Source: an uncultured Candidatus Saccharibacteria bacterium (GTDB lineage Bacteria; Patescibacteriota; UBA1384; CAILIB01; JAUSJZ01). Taken from it: a DNA stretch of 64,000 nt. This document shows, piece after piece, positions 36,295 through 46,375 of the stretch. The position numbers and the translations under genes were made by a program. Each line of letters starts with the position of its first letter. Within the stretch, counting starts at the first letter, position 1. The DNA lies in the NCBI GenBank assembly GCA_964421635.1, contig CAYQWZ010000002.1, positions 1,749 through 65,748 of the forward strand. Direction: 5' to 3'. A model generated the notes under the pieces. That model did no database searches, was not told the DNA's origin, and saw only the letters and a list, made by a program, of their open reading frames with translations.

Positions 36295-36371
36295 TGGTAC
36301 GCCTGACAGGATTTGAACCTGTGACCTTCGGCTCCGCAAGCCGACGCTCTATCCAACTGAGCTACAGGCGC
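36295..36371 (-). tRNA. tRNA-Arg (anticodon GCG as folded by hand)
   Basis: 77-nt cloverleaf with an encoded CCA. Anticodon loop TTGCGGA. 7-bp acceptor stem and T-arm GGTTCAAATCC. Confidence 0.65.
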
Positions 36372-36377
36372 AAAAAA

Positions 36378-36470
36378 TGGCGGAGGGTGTGGGACTTGAA
36401 CCCACAAGACGGCAATTAAACCATCTACGGTTTAGCAAACCGCTGCCTTACCAATTCGGCGCAACCCTCC
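36378..36470 (-). tRNA. tRNA-Ser (anticodon GCT), long variable arm
   Basis: 93 nt, anticodon loop TTGCTAA, encoded CCA, T-arm GGTTCAAGTCC. Confidence 0.7.
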
Positions 36471-36565
36471 ACAGGTGTCTATATCCTATTATATAGCTTC
36501 ATCATTAATACCTGAAAAACGGGCATTATTCAAGCGCCCAAAGCCCAAAAAAACAAAACAAGAGA

Positions 36566-37051
36566 TCAAAATTTAATTATTCGGTTGATAGTATCTGAGA
36601 AAAATTCTGTTCGTCTGTTTTCTTCGGGTAAATAACGGCCAATGACATCGCGCACTTTGTCGATTTCTTGATCTTGTATTAAGGCTGAGACAGGCGTGCC
36701 GACCCCTTTTCTATCAAAATCTATAGTGACATAATCGGCGTGATCGGTAAGATGGAACGATTTAAAATCTTCATAAGAGTGCTCATTATCTCCAATAGAA
36801 AAAGATTCCGGACCAATTTTTATCTGTATAGTTTCGGGCTTTTTAAAAGAAATTTTATATAAAGCAAAAGCGCCAACAACAATCATCAAAATAGTTGTCC
36901 AGTCTAATCCTTTAGCAAAATAAAGGATTACAAGCGCAATAACCACGACAATGCTGATATTCAAAAACCAGCTACCAGACTTTTTATAATAATAAAACTC
37001 TGGCGCTCGCCAAGATAGGGTGGAAACGGGTTTAGAATTACTTGCTGCCAT
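36566..37051 (-). CDS. Hypothetical membrane protein (two TM helices, C-terminal soluble domain)
   Basis: ORF-track ORF with hydrophobic segments IVVVIALVILYF and ILMIVVGAFALY. Confidence 0.5.
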   Translation of the reverse strand: MAASNSKPVSTLSWRAPEFYYYKKSGSWFLNISIVVVIALVILYFAKGLDWTTILMIVVGAFALYKISFKKPETIQIKIGPESFSIGDNEHSYEDFKSFHLTDHADYVTIDFDRKGVGTPVSALIQDQEIDKVRDVIGRYLPEENRRTEFFSDTINRIIKF

Positions 37052-37076
37052 CTGGAATTATTATAGCATTTTTATT

Positions 37077-37166
37077 TGGCGGAGAGGGTGGGATTTGAAC
37101 CCACGAGACGCGTGAACGCCTACCGCTTTTCGAGAGCGACCCATTCAACCACTCTGGCACCTCTCC
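37077..37166 (-). tRNA. tRNA-Ser (anticodon CGA), long variable arm
   Basis: 90 nt, anticodon loop CTCGAAA, encoded CCA, T-arm GGTTCAAATCC. Confidence 0.65.
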
Positions 37167-37188
37167 ATCAGGAGTAGTCTAGCTGAAA

Positions 37189-39138
37189 TTAGTTCGTTAA
37201 TAAAGTATCTTGATTCAAAATTAGGCTGCCTGTATCAAGCAAAGTGTCATTTAAATCAATTGTGTCTGGGTTGGCACCTGGTTGGCGCTGAATCAAAAGT
37301 GAATAATTTTTAGGATCAATTCTGTCGGGCAAGCGATAAGTAATCGAAGCGAATTTTTTACTAGCCACATCTGTGTTGAACCAGCCGGCGAAAACAGTTT
37401 TACCGTTCTCTTCAAGAGTTTCGTGCAGCTCGAAGGATCCTTCGGTATTCAGTAAGGTTGAGTTTTTCGGCACATAAATTCGCATGTAGTTTACATTATC
37501 CGCATCTGGCCAGACGCCGTTGCTGTGGTGAGTACGAGTTATCTCTATCGTATTTTCTAAAGGATAAGCAGCAGTTTTTTGTTTTATCTTCACTTCTTGG
37601 GTGACATTCAGGCTCGATTTACCACCACCAATATTGGCGTTATTGATGTATAAATAATCTGAATTGGTATCTTTAATTTGACCGGCGATATCTAAATCAA
37701 CGACTGCTTGCTCTGCAATTGAATTATTGAAATATAGCTGAATACTTTTTCGACTCATCGCCTCAACTAATATTTGATTAACGGCCGCTGTCTGTTCTTC
37801 ATCTAAATTTTTAATTTTGGTAAATAGTTTAGGAATAAAATCTGAAATAATTTGCTTTGGCTCATTATCAACTTTGTTGGCTTTGTTTTCGAAATATTCA
37901 ATTTCAACTTTGTACTGCACAATGTCTAGGAAATTATTTTGATCAAGCGAGGTGTCATATTCAGGAAATTCAATTGGTCCTGTGATGCGTAGCAGATCTA
38001 AAATTATAGAAGTATCGATAGCAACTACCCCGTGCGCCGGTGCGCCGTACATCTTTTGGTAAAACTCCAGTACCTGTTTGGCAGTGTCTGGGAAGGATGC
38101 ATTCCAGTTGGCGTCACGCATGGCCCAAACGGTGGTAGCTTCGCTCAAAGGATAAGGTGGCGTAATGGGGAAGCGAGCGGAAAAAGCGGTATCAGATTTC
38201 CAAACATTAGTTTGTACAAAGAAATTCTTTAAGGATAATTGGTCAAATTCTAAAGTAGCGTAACTGCCAATGAATCCGCCGGTTGGGCGGAGCTCAGTAT
38301 TATTTTGAAATAAAATTACAAAGCGGCGAGGGCCGTTGGTACCAAACAAGTCTGGAGTTTCGGAGGCTAAATTAACTAAGGCCTGAGCCTGACTGTACAT
38401 AGTCGGAATCTTGGCTTGCCAGTCCGTGATTTTACTACTTAAATTCTTTGGCAGTTTGTCCGCGTCAACTTTTTTAAAGAGCTCTTTCATAGCGGACAAA
38501 TGTCCGAGGGCAGTTTTGAAGTTCTCTTGATGCTGACTTTGCCAAACAGAAATGGCGCTAGCTTTTTTAGATATTGTATCTTCAAAACTGCCACCCTCGT
38601 CTTGAGGGAAGTCGGCGAAAGCTTGTGTTAGCGCTTCGCCGGCTAATGAAGCGTGATGTCCGATGCGCAAAAGTTGCAAGCTTTCGCGAGCATAAGGAAA
38701 GACAAATAAAGATTTTGAAATTGAATCGAGCTCTTGAAGCGCGGCGGCGGAGCTTTCAAAACTGGCCGCGGAAACATCAAACGAAGCTAGTGCTTTCTGC
38801 GGAGAGGTGAGTACTAAACTTGAGCCTTCAAATAAAGAATCAATTCCGCTGCCAGCGTGAGCTACAGCAGATTTTAGAGTTTTAGAATTAAATAAAAATA
38901 AAGATAAAACTAAAACAGCCAAAGTCAAAATGCCTAGGGCCGGAATTCGCACATGGTGAGAATAATCTTGAATGGCTACTTTGAAACTGCGTCCTCGTTG
39001 TTTGCCAAATTCCCAATCAAAATTTTGCTCGACCTTTTTTTTAGCTGTCTTAGCAACCAAATTTAGTTGCCCAGAGCCATTAGGTCGAGTTGCCCGATTA
39101 TCCTTTTTTGTGATGCCATCCATCACTCTCCTTTGCAT
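37189..39138 (-). CDS. DUF4012-like large membrane-anchored extracytoplasmic protein
   Basis: N-terminal TM and a LRPTGGFIGSYATLEF motif reminiscent of DUF4012. About 650 aa. Confidence 0.5.
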   Translation of the reverse strand: MQRRVMDGITKKDNRATRPNGSGQLNLVAKTAKKKVEQNFDWEFGKQRGRSFKVAIQDYSHHVRIPALGILTLAVLVLSLFLFNSKTLKSAVAHAGSGIDSLFEGSSLVLTSPQKALASFDVSAASFESSAAALQELDSISKSLFVFPYARESLQLLRIGHHASLAGEALTQAFADFPQDEGGSFEDTISKKASAISVWQSQHQENFKTALGHLSAMKELFKKVDADKLPKNLSSKITDWQAKIPTMYSQAQALVNLASETPDLFGTNGPRRFVILFQNNTELRPTGGFIGSYATLEFDQLSLKNFFVQTNVWKSDTAFSARFPITPPYPLSEATTVWAMRDANWNASFPDTAKQVLEFYQKMYGAPAHGVVAIDTSIILDLLRITGPIEFPEYDTSLDQNNFLDIVQYKVEIEYFENKANKVDNEPKQIISDFIPKLFTKIKNLDEEQTAAVNQILVEAMSRKSIQLYFNNSIAEQAVVDLDIAGQIKDTNSDYLYINNANIGGGKSSLNVTQEVKIKQKTAAYPLENTIEITRTHHSNGVWPDADNVNYMRIYVPKNSTLLNTEGSFELHETLEENGKTVFAGWFNTDVASKKFASITYRLPDRIDPKNYSLLIQRQPGANPDTIDLNDTLLDTGSLILNQDTLLTN

Positions 39139-39167
39139 ATATGCTCATTGTAGCCTAGAATAAGTTC

Positions 39168-40523
39168 GTGAAAAAATTTTTGTCTGGAAGTCTGGTTTTA
39201 GTTATCGGCACTTTACTGATGAGTGCCATGAACTACGCCTACAATCTGTTTGTTAACCGCGCCCTAACCGCGGCTGACTTTGGCACCTTCGCCGCAATTT
39301 TAGGAGCTTTAGCTATTCTGAGTGTACCGGTTGGGACAGTGCAGACAGTGGCCGCGCGCTACTCCGCCGACTATGCAGCCGAAAAAAACTTGGGTAAACA
39401 AAAATCTTTATTTTGTTATCTGTTTGGGCGACTGTTCATTGTAGGTTTGGTGGTGTTTATTATCTTCGCTATCTTCCCTAGTCAGATCGCATCCTTCTTT
39501 GTAGATAATCCAGAAAATTCTCTGGTAATTCCAGTGGTTCTAATTGGTCTGGCGTATATTTTTACTTTGTTAATTCCTATCAATAGGGGATTTATGCAGG
39601 GAAGACAGCAGTTTGGTGCCCTCTCGCTAAACTTTATTGGTGACTCGTTCTTTAGAATTATTTTAGGATTATCCTTCTTGCTACCTTTAGCAATGCTGCC
39701 GGCCAAAGATACTTTTATAAATGTTATGACTCAATCTTTGAAGATTGATCATTCGTGGGCAGTGGCAGCCGCGGTAGGAGCAGTAGTAGGCGGAACATTT
39801 TTAGCTTTCTTAATATCCTTTGGACCACTGGCCAATATGCTAAAAAACAAAGAGAAGAAAGCCAAAATTAATCTTTCTGAAGTCAACAAATATATTTGGC
39901 CAACATTGGCTATGTATATCTGTTTATCCTTACTGTTTAATGTCGATATAATTTTAGTCAATCGTTTTGCGGCGGTTGGCACCTCTCTTACTCCAGCTAA
40001 CGCCGGTGAGTACGCGACACTGTCGACGCTAGCCAAACTGGTTTTTTACATTACGGGCCCAATTGTGACGGTGATGTTCCCAATGATTGCCGATCGCATT
40101 AAAAAAGGTGTTAAGCATTATATGTTGCTGGTCGCCACTATGGTCACTGTTCTATTTACATCTGTGATTGTATTAGGATTATTCGCTGCCGCGCCAAGAG
40201 CTATTATCGGTTTTCTTACTCCCGATTACGTCAACGTAGCGGAATTTTTAGTACCTATGACTATAATCTTTTTAGTCTTTGGTTTGGTGAATGTATTGAC
40301 CAACTATTTCTTATCGCTGAAAGATTATTTATTCTTAGTTCCTTTAGGAGTTATGGCTGTAGTGGAAATTGTTCTAATTACACTTTTCCACAGCACAGTA
40401 GTACAAGTTATTCAGATGGTGATAGTCTCACAAACGATTTTACTTTTGTTGTTGGTCTTCATCTATGCCATGATGAAAAAAGATCAATTAATAAAAGTAT
40501 TCAAGTATAGCAATGGAAATTAA
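39168..40523 (+). CDS. Polysaccharide biosynthesis protein / oligosaccharide flippase (Wzx/MOP superfamily)
   Basis: About 12-14 TM helices, 451 aa. It is the first gene of the glycan locus. Confidence 0.7.
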   Translation: MKKFLSGSLVLVIGTLLMSAMNYAYNLFVNRALTAADFGTFAAILGALAILSVPVGTVQTVAARYSADYAAEKNLGKQKSLFCYLFGRLFIVGLVVFIIFAIFPSQIASFFVDNPENSLVIPVVLIGLAYIFTLLIPINRGFMQGRQQFGALSLNFIGDSFFRIILGLSFLLPLAMLPAKDTFINVMTQSLKIDHSWAVAAAVGAVVGGTFLAFLISFGPLANMLKNKEKKAKINLSEVNKYIWPTLAMYICLSLLFNVDIILVNRFAAVGTSLTPANAGEYATLSTLAKLVFYITGPIVTVMFPMIADRIKKGVKHYMLLVATMVTVLFTSVIVLGLFAAAPRAIIGFLTPDYVNVAEFLVPMTIIFLVFGLVNVLTNYFLSLKDYLFLVPLGVMAVVEIVLITLFHSTVVQVIQMVIVSQTILLLLLVFIYAMMKKDQLIKVFKYSNGN

Positions 40524-41463
40524 ACCGATAATTTTAGTAGCCGGCGGGGCCGGTTTTTTAGGCTCTCATTTAGTCGATGCTCTGTTACAGAAGGGTAATA
40601 GAGTAGTGGCTGTGGATAACTTTATAACGGGTAATAGGGAAAACCTAGCTCACTTAGGCAACAACGAAGACTTTAAGTTTATTGAACACGACATTATTGA
40701 GCCCCTTCCTGAATCCATTAATAAATACACATTCAACGCCATTGCTAATCTCGCCTGCCCTGCCTCCCCTATTGATTATCAAGAAAAACCAATTGAAACG
40801 ATGCGAGTTTGCTCAACTGGCATAGACAACCTTTTAATGTTGGCCAAAAGAGATAAAGCTCGACTCACCCACACTTCAACTTCTGAAGTTTATGGAAATC
40901 CTTTGGAACATCCGCAAACAGAGCAGTATTGGGGTAATGTCAATTCTTACGGAGAGCGCAGCTGCTATGACGAAGGCAAGCGTTACGCCGAGGCTTTAAT
41001 TTTCTCTTACCGCAAAATGTATGGTGTTAATACTGGTATTACTCGAATCTTCAACAGCTATGGTTCTCGTATGCGACCATCTGATGGCCGAGTGATTACG
41101 AACTTTATTAAACAGGCGCTCAAGGGTGAAGATATTACCGTTTATGGTGATGGATTACAAACTCGCTCATTTTGCTATGTTGACGACCAGATAACTGCTC
41201 AAGTGGCTATGCTCGAGTCAGACTTAGAAGGGCCGGTTAATATTGGAAATCCTAATGAATTTACTATTAAAGAATTAGCCGAGCTGGTTATAAAGTTGAC
41301 GGGCGCAAATTCAAAAATTGTTTACGAGCCATTGCCAGCCGATGATCCGCTGAAGCGCCGGCCAGATATATCAATGGCTAAAAAAGAACTTAATTGGCAG
41401 CCAAAAATTACCTTAGAGCAAGGTTTAGTGAAGATGATTGAATGGATGAAAAGTAAAGGTTAA
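40513..41463 (+). CDS. UDP-glucuronate decarboxylase (UDP-xylose synthase)-type NAD-dependent epimerase/dehydratase
   Basis: GGAGFLGSH Rossmann, then YDEGKRYAE (YxxxK); length and pattern typical of UXS. Confidence 0.75.
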   Translation: MEIKPIILVAGGAGFLGSHLVDALLQKGNRVVAVDNFITGNRENLAHLGNNEDFKFIEHDIIEPLPESINKYTFNAIANLACPASPIDYQEKPIETMRVCSTGIDNLLMLAKRDKARLTHTSTSEVYGNPLEHPQTEQYWGNVNSYGERSCYDEGKRYAEALIFSYRKMYGVNTGITRIFNSYGSRMRPSDGRVITNFIKQALKGEDITVYGDGLQTRSFCYVDDQITAQVAMLESDLEGPVNIGNPNEFTIKELAELVIKLTGANSKIVYEPLPADDPLKRRPDISMAKKELNWQPKITLEQGLVKMIEWMKSKG

Positions 41464-41465
41464 TT

Positions 41466-42878
41466 ATGAATATAGCAATTATTGGAACAGGTTATGTAGG
41501 GTTAGTGACGGGCACTGTAATGGCCGAGCTTGGTAATAATGTTCATTGCGTTGATATTTCCGAAGAAAAAGTAGCTCAATTAAAGAGGGGCGAGTCACCT
41601 ATTTATGAACCAGGGTTAGAAGAATTAATTAAACGAAATATTGCCTCTTCTCGTTTAAGTTTTACTACTAATCATGCCGAGGCGATAGCCGAGGCACAAG
41701 TAATTTTCAATGCGGTTGATACTCCGTCGGCCGATGACGGCTCAGTTAATATGAATTCAATGCAAGCGGCTAGCAACGATGTGGGCCAAGCGTTAAAAAA
41801 GCTTACATCAGAGCAAAGATTCTTTCGTGTGGTAGTCAATAAATCGACAGTACCTGTTGGCACAGCTAATTTAGTCAAAGATATTATTGCTAAGCATTAC
41901 GATGGCGAGTTCGATGTTGTTTCTAATCCGGAGTTTTTGCGTGAAGGGCAGGCGGTGAATGACTGTTTTAACCCCGATCGAATTGTTATTGGTGATGGTG
42001 ACCCAAAGTCGCGGGCGGTAATGCAAGAGCTGTATAAACCTTTCAAAGCGCCAATTTTATTTACCGATGTACAAACAGCTGAAATGATAAAATATGCCTC
42101 CAACTCATTCTTGGCAATGAGTATTAGCTTTATTAATAATATGGCTGGGCTTTGCGAAAAAGTCGGCGCTGATATTGAGATGGTTTCAGAAGGAATGAAG
42201 CTAGATAAACGCATTGGTAAGCAAGCTTTTTTGTCTGCTGGGCCAGGTTATGGTGGCTCTTGTTTCCCTAAAGATGTCAAAGGTATTGTCTCTATTGCCA
42301 AAGACCACGCCGTTGATTTAAAAATTTTACGCATGGCCGATGAAGTCAACAATGAGCATCGCCAGAACTTGGTTAACAGATTAGAACAAATTGCTGGCAG
42401 TCTTCAGGGCAAAAGGATTGCAGTTTGGGGTCTCGCCTTTAAACCAGAGACAGATGATCTGCGCGATGCCGCCTCCCAAATTGTAATTCCAGCTTTACAG
42501 GCCAAAGGGGCAGAGGTGCATGCTTTTGACCCAGTGGCGCAAGAGAAAGCGAAAGAGGAATTTCAAAATGTTGCTTATTATCAGAATCCTTATGAAGCCA
42601 TCACAGATGCTGACGGATTAATTATTTTAACTGAATGGAAAGAGTTTATTTCGCTCGACAAACACACAATGGAGAAGTTAATGCGCTCCCCTATTGTTTT
42701 TGATACTAGAAACATCTATGATCCTAAACAGATGGAAAAAGCCGGTTTTGTTTACGCATCTGTCGGCAGACCAACAGTCGGTGAATTAAAAAAGGCGACT
42801 CCCCTACCGCAAAATTTAAATTTTAATACAGAGGTGGGCGAGCTAAGACAGCGCCAAGCTAATCCTCCAAGATTTTAA
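41466..42878 (+). CDS. ugd: UDP-glucose 6-dehydrogenase
   Basis: IGTGYVGLV N-terminus and the catalytic GGSCFPKDV motif. Confidence 0.85.
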   Translation: MNIAIIGTGYVGLVTGTVMAELGNNVHCVDISEEKVAQLKRGESPIYEPGLEELIKRNIASSRLSFTTNHAEAIAEAQVIFNAVDTPSADDGSVNMNSMQAASNDVGQALKKLTSEQRFFRVVVNKSTVPVGTANLVKDIIAKHYDGEFDVVSNPEFLREGQAVNDCFNPDRIVIGDGDPKSRAVMQELYKPFKAPILFTDVQTAEMIKYASNSFLAMSISFINNMAGLCEKVGADIEMVSEGMKLDKRIGKQAFLSAGPGYGGSCFPKDVKGIVSIAKDHAVDLKILRMADEVNNEHRQNLVNRLEQIAGSLQGKRIAVWGLAFKPETDDLRDAASQIVIPALQAKGAEVHAFDPVAQEKAKEEFQNVAYYQNPYEAITDADGLIILTEWKEFISLDKHTMEKLMRSPIVFDTRNIYDPKQMEKAGFVYASVGRPTVGELKKATPLPQNLNFNTEVGELRQRQANPPRF

Positions 42879-43624
42879 TGAAATTATCTGTAATTATTCC
42901 GGCTTATAACGAAGAAGCTAATATCCAAAAAACTATTCGTACTCTGCGTGACGAGTTAGATAAGTTTAACTATGCCAAAGAAATTGTGGTTGTGGTTGAT
43001 GGCTCTCCAGATAATACTGAACAGGCGGCTAAAAAAGTGCCTTGTGGTTACTGCCGCGTTTTATCTTATAAAAAGAATCGAGGGAAAGGATACGCTATCT
43101 ATTACGGTGTGAAGCATTCTAAGGGTGATATAGTTACTTTTTTTGATGCTGGGGGAGACTTTGCTCCTGACCACATAGATCGTTTTGTAAAGATGCTGGA
43201 GGTCTTTGATGCCGATATTGTAATTGGCTCTAAAATGCATCCGGCTTCAAAAGTTAACTACCCAAAATCGCGGCGAATATTTAGTTGGGGTTGGCGCACA
43301 ATGATTAGAATATTATTTCACCTTGATGTCACCGATACACAAACTGGTTTGAAAGTAGCTAAACGCGAAGTAATTGAAGATATTATGCCCCGCGCAGTAG
43401 TCAAACAGTACGCCTTTGATTTAGAACTTTTAGTAATCGCCAAAAAACTTGGTTACAGAAGAATCTTCGAAGCCCCAGTCAATATGGAGTTCAACGATGC
43501 TGGGGGCGGAGCGGCGAACTTCAAAGCTATTAAAAATATGTTTGTCGATATGCTAGCAATTTGGTATCGACTCTACATAAAAAAATACTACGATCAGCCT
43601 CACTTCCGCCTAATTGGTAAGTAG
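42878..43624 (+). CDS. Glycosyltransferase family 2
   Basis: LSVIIPAYNEE start plus DxD region (VVDGSPD). Confidence 0.8.
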   Translation: MKLSVIIPAYNEEANIQKTIRTLRDELDKFNYAKEIVVVVDGSPDNTEQAAKKVPCGYCRVLSYKKNRGKGYAIYYGVKHSKGDIVTFFDAGGDFAPDHIDRFVKMLEVFDADIVIGSKMHPASKVNYPKSRRIFSWGWRTMIRILFHLDVTDTQTGLKVAKREVIEDIMPRAVVKQYAFDLELLVIAKKLGYRRIFEAPVNMEFNDAGGGAANFKAIKNMFVDMLAIWYRLYIKKYYDQPHFRLIGK

Positions 43625-44323
43625 TTATTTACGACCTTTGATTGTAATAAAGTGCGAGTGTCTAACATCTATGTTTCCTAACTGAACTGGCAGCGGATGA
43701 TAGCCTGATCCTTTGATTTGAATATCTTTGAAGCCGTGCATTTGGAAAAATTCTTTTAATCCTAAATAATTAAAAATAGTTTTGTGGGTCCAGGAAGACA
43801 AGTTCAAATGGCGGCCTTTCAAAACAGCTAAAGGATTACCTATTCCCAACTGTTTAGCACTAATATTAGTTAAAGAGAAGATTTGCCAACCCATAATTGA
43901 GGCGAAAATATTATGCCAGCTGCTAGCATTCTCAGTGCTCATTACTACATAACCGCCAGGTTTTAGTACGCGATAAATTTCTGAAACATACAAGTCTAAA
44001 TTACTAATATGTTCAATAATTTGATTTCCTTGAACCACATCAAAAGTGTTGGTTTTGTATGGAAGTTTTTTATTCAAGTCACCAACCTTAGTTTTAACGC
44101 CAGCTTTTTTTGCCACACTCAAGCGAGATTTTACAATATCAATGCCGTATAAATGTTTAGAGCCGACTCGTTGACCCAAAACTGTAGTCCAAGAGCCGTT
44201 GTCACAACCAAGGTCTAAAATTTTTGCTTGACTATTAATTTCGAGAAAATCTAAAATATTTCTTTTATTAAAGATCATGGCAGCCGTGGTCATATTTGAA
44301 AAAATCCTTTTTAATACTTTCAT
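43625..44323 (-). CDS. Class I SAM-dependent methyltransferase
   Basis: ILDLGCDNGSW motif I; VLKPGGYVVMS. Confidence 0.7.
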   Translation of the reverse strand: MKVLKRIFSNMTTAAMIFNKRNILDFLEINSQAKILDLGCDNGSWTTVLGQRVGSKHLYGIDIVKSRLSVAKKAGVKTKVGDLNKKLPYKTNTFDVVQGNQIIEHISNLDLYVSEIYRVLKPGGYVVMSTENASSWHNIFASIMGWQIFSLTNISAKQLGIGNPLAVLKGRHLNLSSWTHKTIFNYLGLKEFFQMHGFKDIQIKGSGYHPLPVQLGNIDVRHSHFITIKGRK

Positions 44324-44402
44324 ACAATTTAGGATATAGTATTAATTCACTTTAGTAAACCAATTTTAGTGTTATTTTTGATCTGTGTGGTACAGTAATT
44401 TT

Positions 44403-45047
44403 ATGAAAACAGATATTAAACCCTGTGTCTTTCTAGATCGTGATGGTGTCATTAACATGATGCCTGATTATGACAATCCTCCACCGGAAGGAAGGATATT
44501 TGATTCCCCGCGCTCTGTTGCTGATTTTCAGTTTATTCCTGGTGCGGCAGAGGCTATCGTGTTGCTGTCAAAGCATTTCAGAGTCTTAATTGTCACCAAT
44601 CAGCCGGGAGTTGCTTACGGAAAAATCCCAACCCTTATGGTAATTGATGATATTAACCGACATATGGTGGCAGAGATAAGAAAGCTTGGCGGTCGTATTG
44701 ATGGCATTCAATCTTGCCCATATTCACACAGGCACGAACGAATGGCAGGTGGAAAAAATAATCCTTGGTATCATGAAAATCATCCTGATCGCAAGCCTAA
44801 CCCTGGTATGTTTTTCAATCATGCAGCTACACAGGAAGCAAAAGGTTTGCCAATCGATTTCTCTTCAGCTTGGATGGTCGGAGACAGAGCCTCTGATTTG
44901 GAAGCTGGTCAGAATGCTGGTATTCCAGATAGGGGTTTAGTGCTTATTCAAGCTCCTTATCATCTTGATGAATCCTTTGAGAGTTGTTCTGTATTTCCTA
45001 ATCTGGCTGCAGTGGCTGGCTATATTTTGGCTAGCTTGCCAAAATAG
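44403..45047 (+). CDS. HAD-IIIA family phosphatase (D,D-heptose 1,7-bisphosphate phosphatase GmhB-like)
   Basis: FLDRDGVIN motif I and GDRASD motif. The ATG at 44403 is preferred over 44385. Confidence 0.65.
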   Translation: MKTDIKPCVFLDRDGVINMMPDYDNPPPEGRIFDSPRSVADFQFIPGAAEAIVLLSKHFRVLIVTNQPGVAYGKIPTLMVIDDINRHMVAEIRKLGGRIDGIQSCPYSHRHERMAGGKNNPWYHENHPDRKPNPGMFFNHAATQEAKGLPIDFSSAWMVGDRASDLEAGQNAGIPDRGLVLIQAPYHLDESFESCSVFPNLAAVAGYILASLPK

Positions 45048-45071
45048 AGCGAACCCCTCGCTCTTTTTTAT
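45046..45071 (+). terminator. Rho-independent terminator AGAGCGAACCCCTCGCTCT plus a T-run
   Basis: Seen directly after the stop codon. Confidence 0.6.
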
Positions 45072-45155
45072 ACTCTTGTATTGTTGATTCGTTCTGATAT
45101 GGTGCAAATGTCCCTTTAGGGACACGAATCTGAGCAATTAAGGAAGGAGACCACA

Positions 45156-46307
45156 ATGATTGCTAATAGGCCGATAGAAATTCGACCAGCCAATAGAGGC
45201 TACATTGGAATCGAAACAGCAGTACCAATGAGAGCCAGTTTTTCCAGTATGGATAAACCCGACTGGATTTTGAGACATGAAGCTGAAGGATGGCTATTGT
45301 CAATGGCTGTAGGTTTGCATGCTGTTGTGCGAATCCTACCCATGTTTAGCGGCCAGACCAATATCATAAAAGCAGCTGTAAGAAATGATGCAGGTGATTT
45401 GGTTACTGGTGAACAACATGTGGAAAGGGTCGAAGATATCTCTCACCCATATGTTCGAGCGGCAATGATTTTCAACAAGCTTGACAAACTGCAAGTTGAT
45501 TTACAGGGCAGCGTATCAGCTCGCATGGGTCTTGGTGGTTCGTCTGCTATGATGACCGCTTTGCAGATGGCTTGTTGGCACTGGAAGCACAACGGCCGAG
45601 TGCCTCTGCAACCGCGTGATTTAGTGCGTATTGTAAGCTATTTGGAACTTGGACCAGCGAGTAACGGATTTTCTCTTGAAGGCTCTCACGGTGTGCAAGA
45701 TGTTGTAGGGTGTCTAGCCATTAACTTAACAGGCTGTGCTATTGTGGCAATGCCTATTCAGCCTGCGGTCTACACAGCCGCTGGTGTGAGCTGGACTTGG
45801 ACTGAGCCACAGTTTGATGAAGCGGTTTATTTTAAGTCAGAAGCTCTCTCTTGGGTAGATCAGAACCTAATGATGTTCAGCATTATGCCGCGTCAAAGTG
45901 ATGCTTCAGAAAGACTGGCTGTGATGACACCTGCGAAAGGTGATGTCATCGAAACAGCTGAGCTTACTAAAGCCGCAGCTTATGCCTTGTCTGATTGTAG
46001 CTTCGAGCAATTTTCGGGCACTGTCAGAGCTGCTTGGGAACTGAAGTTGCGAATGGATCCTAACATTATTCCTAAGCAAGCTCAAGCTTTTTACAATCAA
46101 GCTAAAGCTATTGGGGTGCGCTTTATTCGCATTACTGGTGCGGGGCACGGCGGATATTTCGTTATCTTCTGTGATGATCCGGATAAGCGCCGTCGATTGA
46201 TTGAGCTTTCACTTCAAGATCCTCATGTTTGGTACAATCCAGACGCGACCATTGCCGAAAGTCCGGCTGGTGTTATGCACTTTAAGCCACCTCGGACAAT
46301 GATTTGA
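45156..46307 (+). CDS. GHMP-family sugar kinase (heptose-7-phosphate kinase-like)
   Basis: GHMP motif GLGGSSAMM and C-terminal ITGAGHGGYFVIF. Adjacent to the GmhB-like gene. RBS AAGGAAGGAGA. Confidence 0.65.
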   Translation: MIANRPIEIRPANRGYIGIETAVPMRASFSSMDKPDWILRHEAEGWLLSMAVGLHAVVRILPMFSGQTNIIKAAVRNDAGDLVTGEQHVERVEDISHPYVRAAMIFNKLDKLQVDLQGSVSARMGLGGSSAMMTALQMACWHWKHNGRVPLQPRDLVRIVSYLELGPASNGFSLEGSHGVQDVVGCLAINLTGCAIVAMPIQPAVYTAAGVSWTWTEPQFDEAVYFKSEALSWVDQNLMMFSIMPRQSDASERLAVMTPAKGDVIETAELTKAAAYALSDCSFEQFSGTVRAAWELKLRMDPNIIPKQAQAFYNQAKAIGVRFIRITGAGHGGYFVIFCDDPDKRRRLIELSLQDPHVWYNPDATIAESPAGVMHFKPPRTMI

Positions 46308-46375
46308 TCCGACCGGTTCGTCTTGCGAGCCGGTTTTTTTGTTTACAAAAATGTTATTACTGTTAGTATAATTGC

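Noticed and set aside
33181-36371. Possible att-like direct repeat of the tRNA-Arg 3' end near the DGR target promoter (ACAGG..AACCTGT)
   Set aside because: The similarity is only ~12 nt and is explained by both sequences being short palindromes. It is not convincing as an integration scar without a computed alignment.
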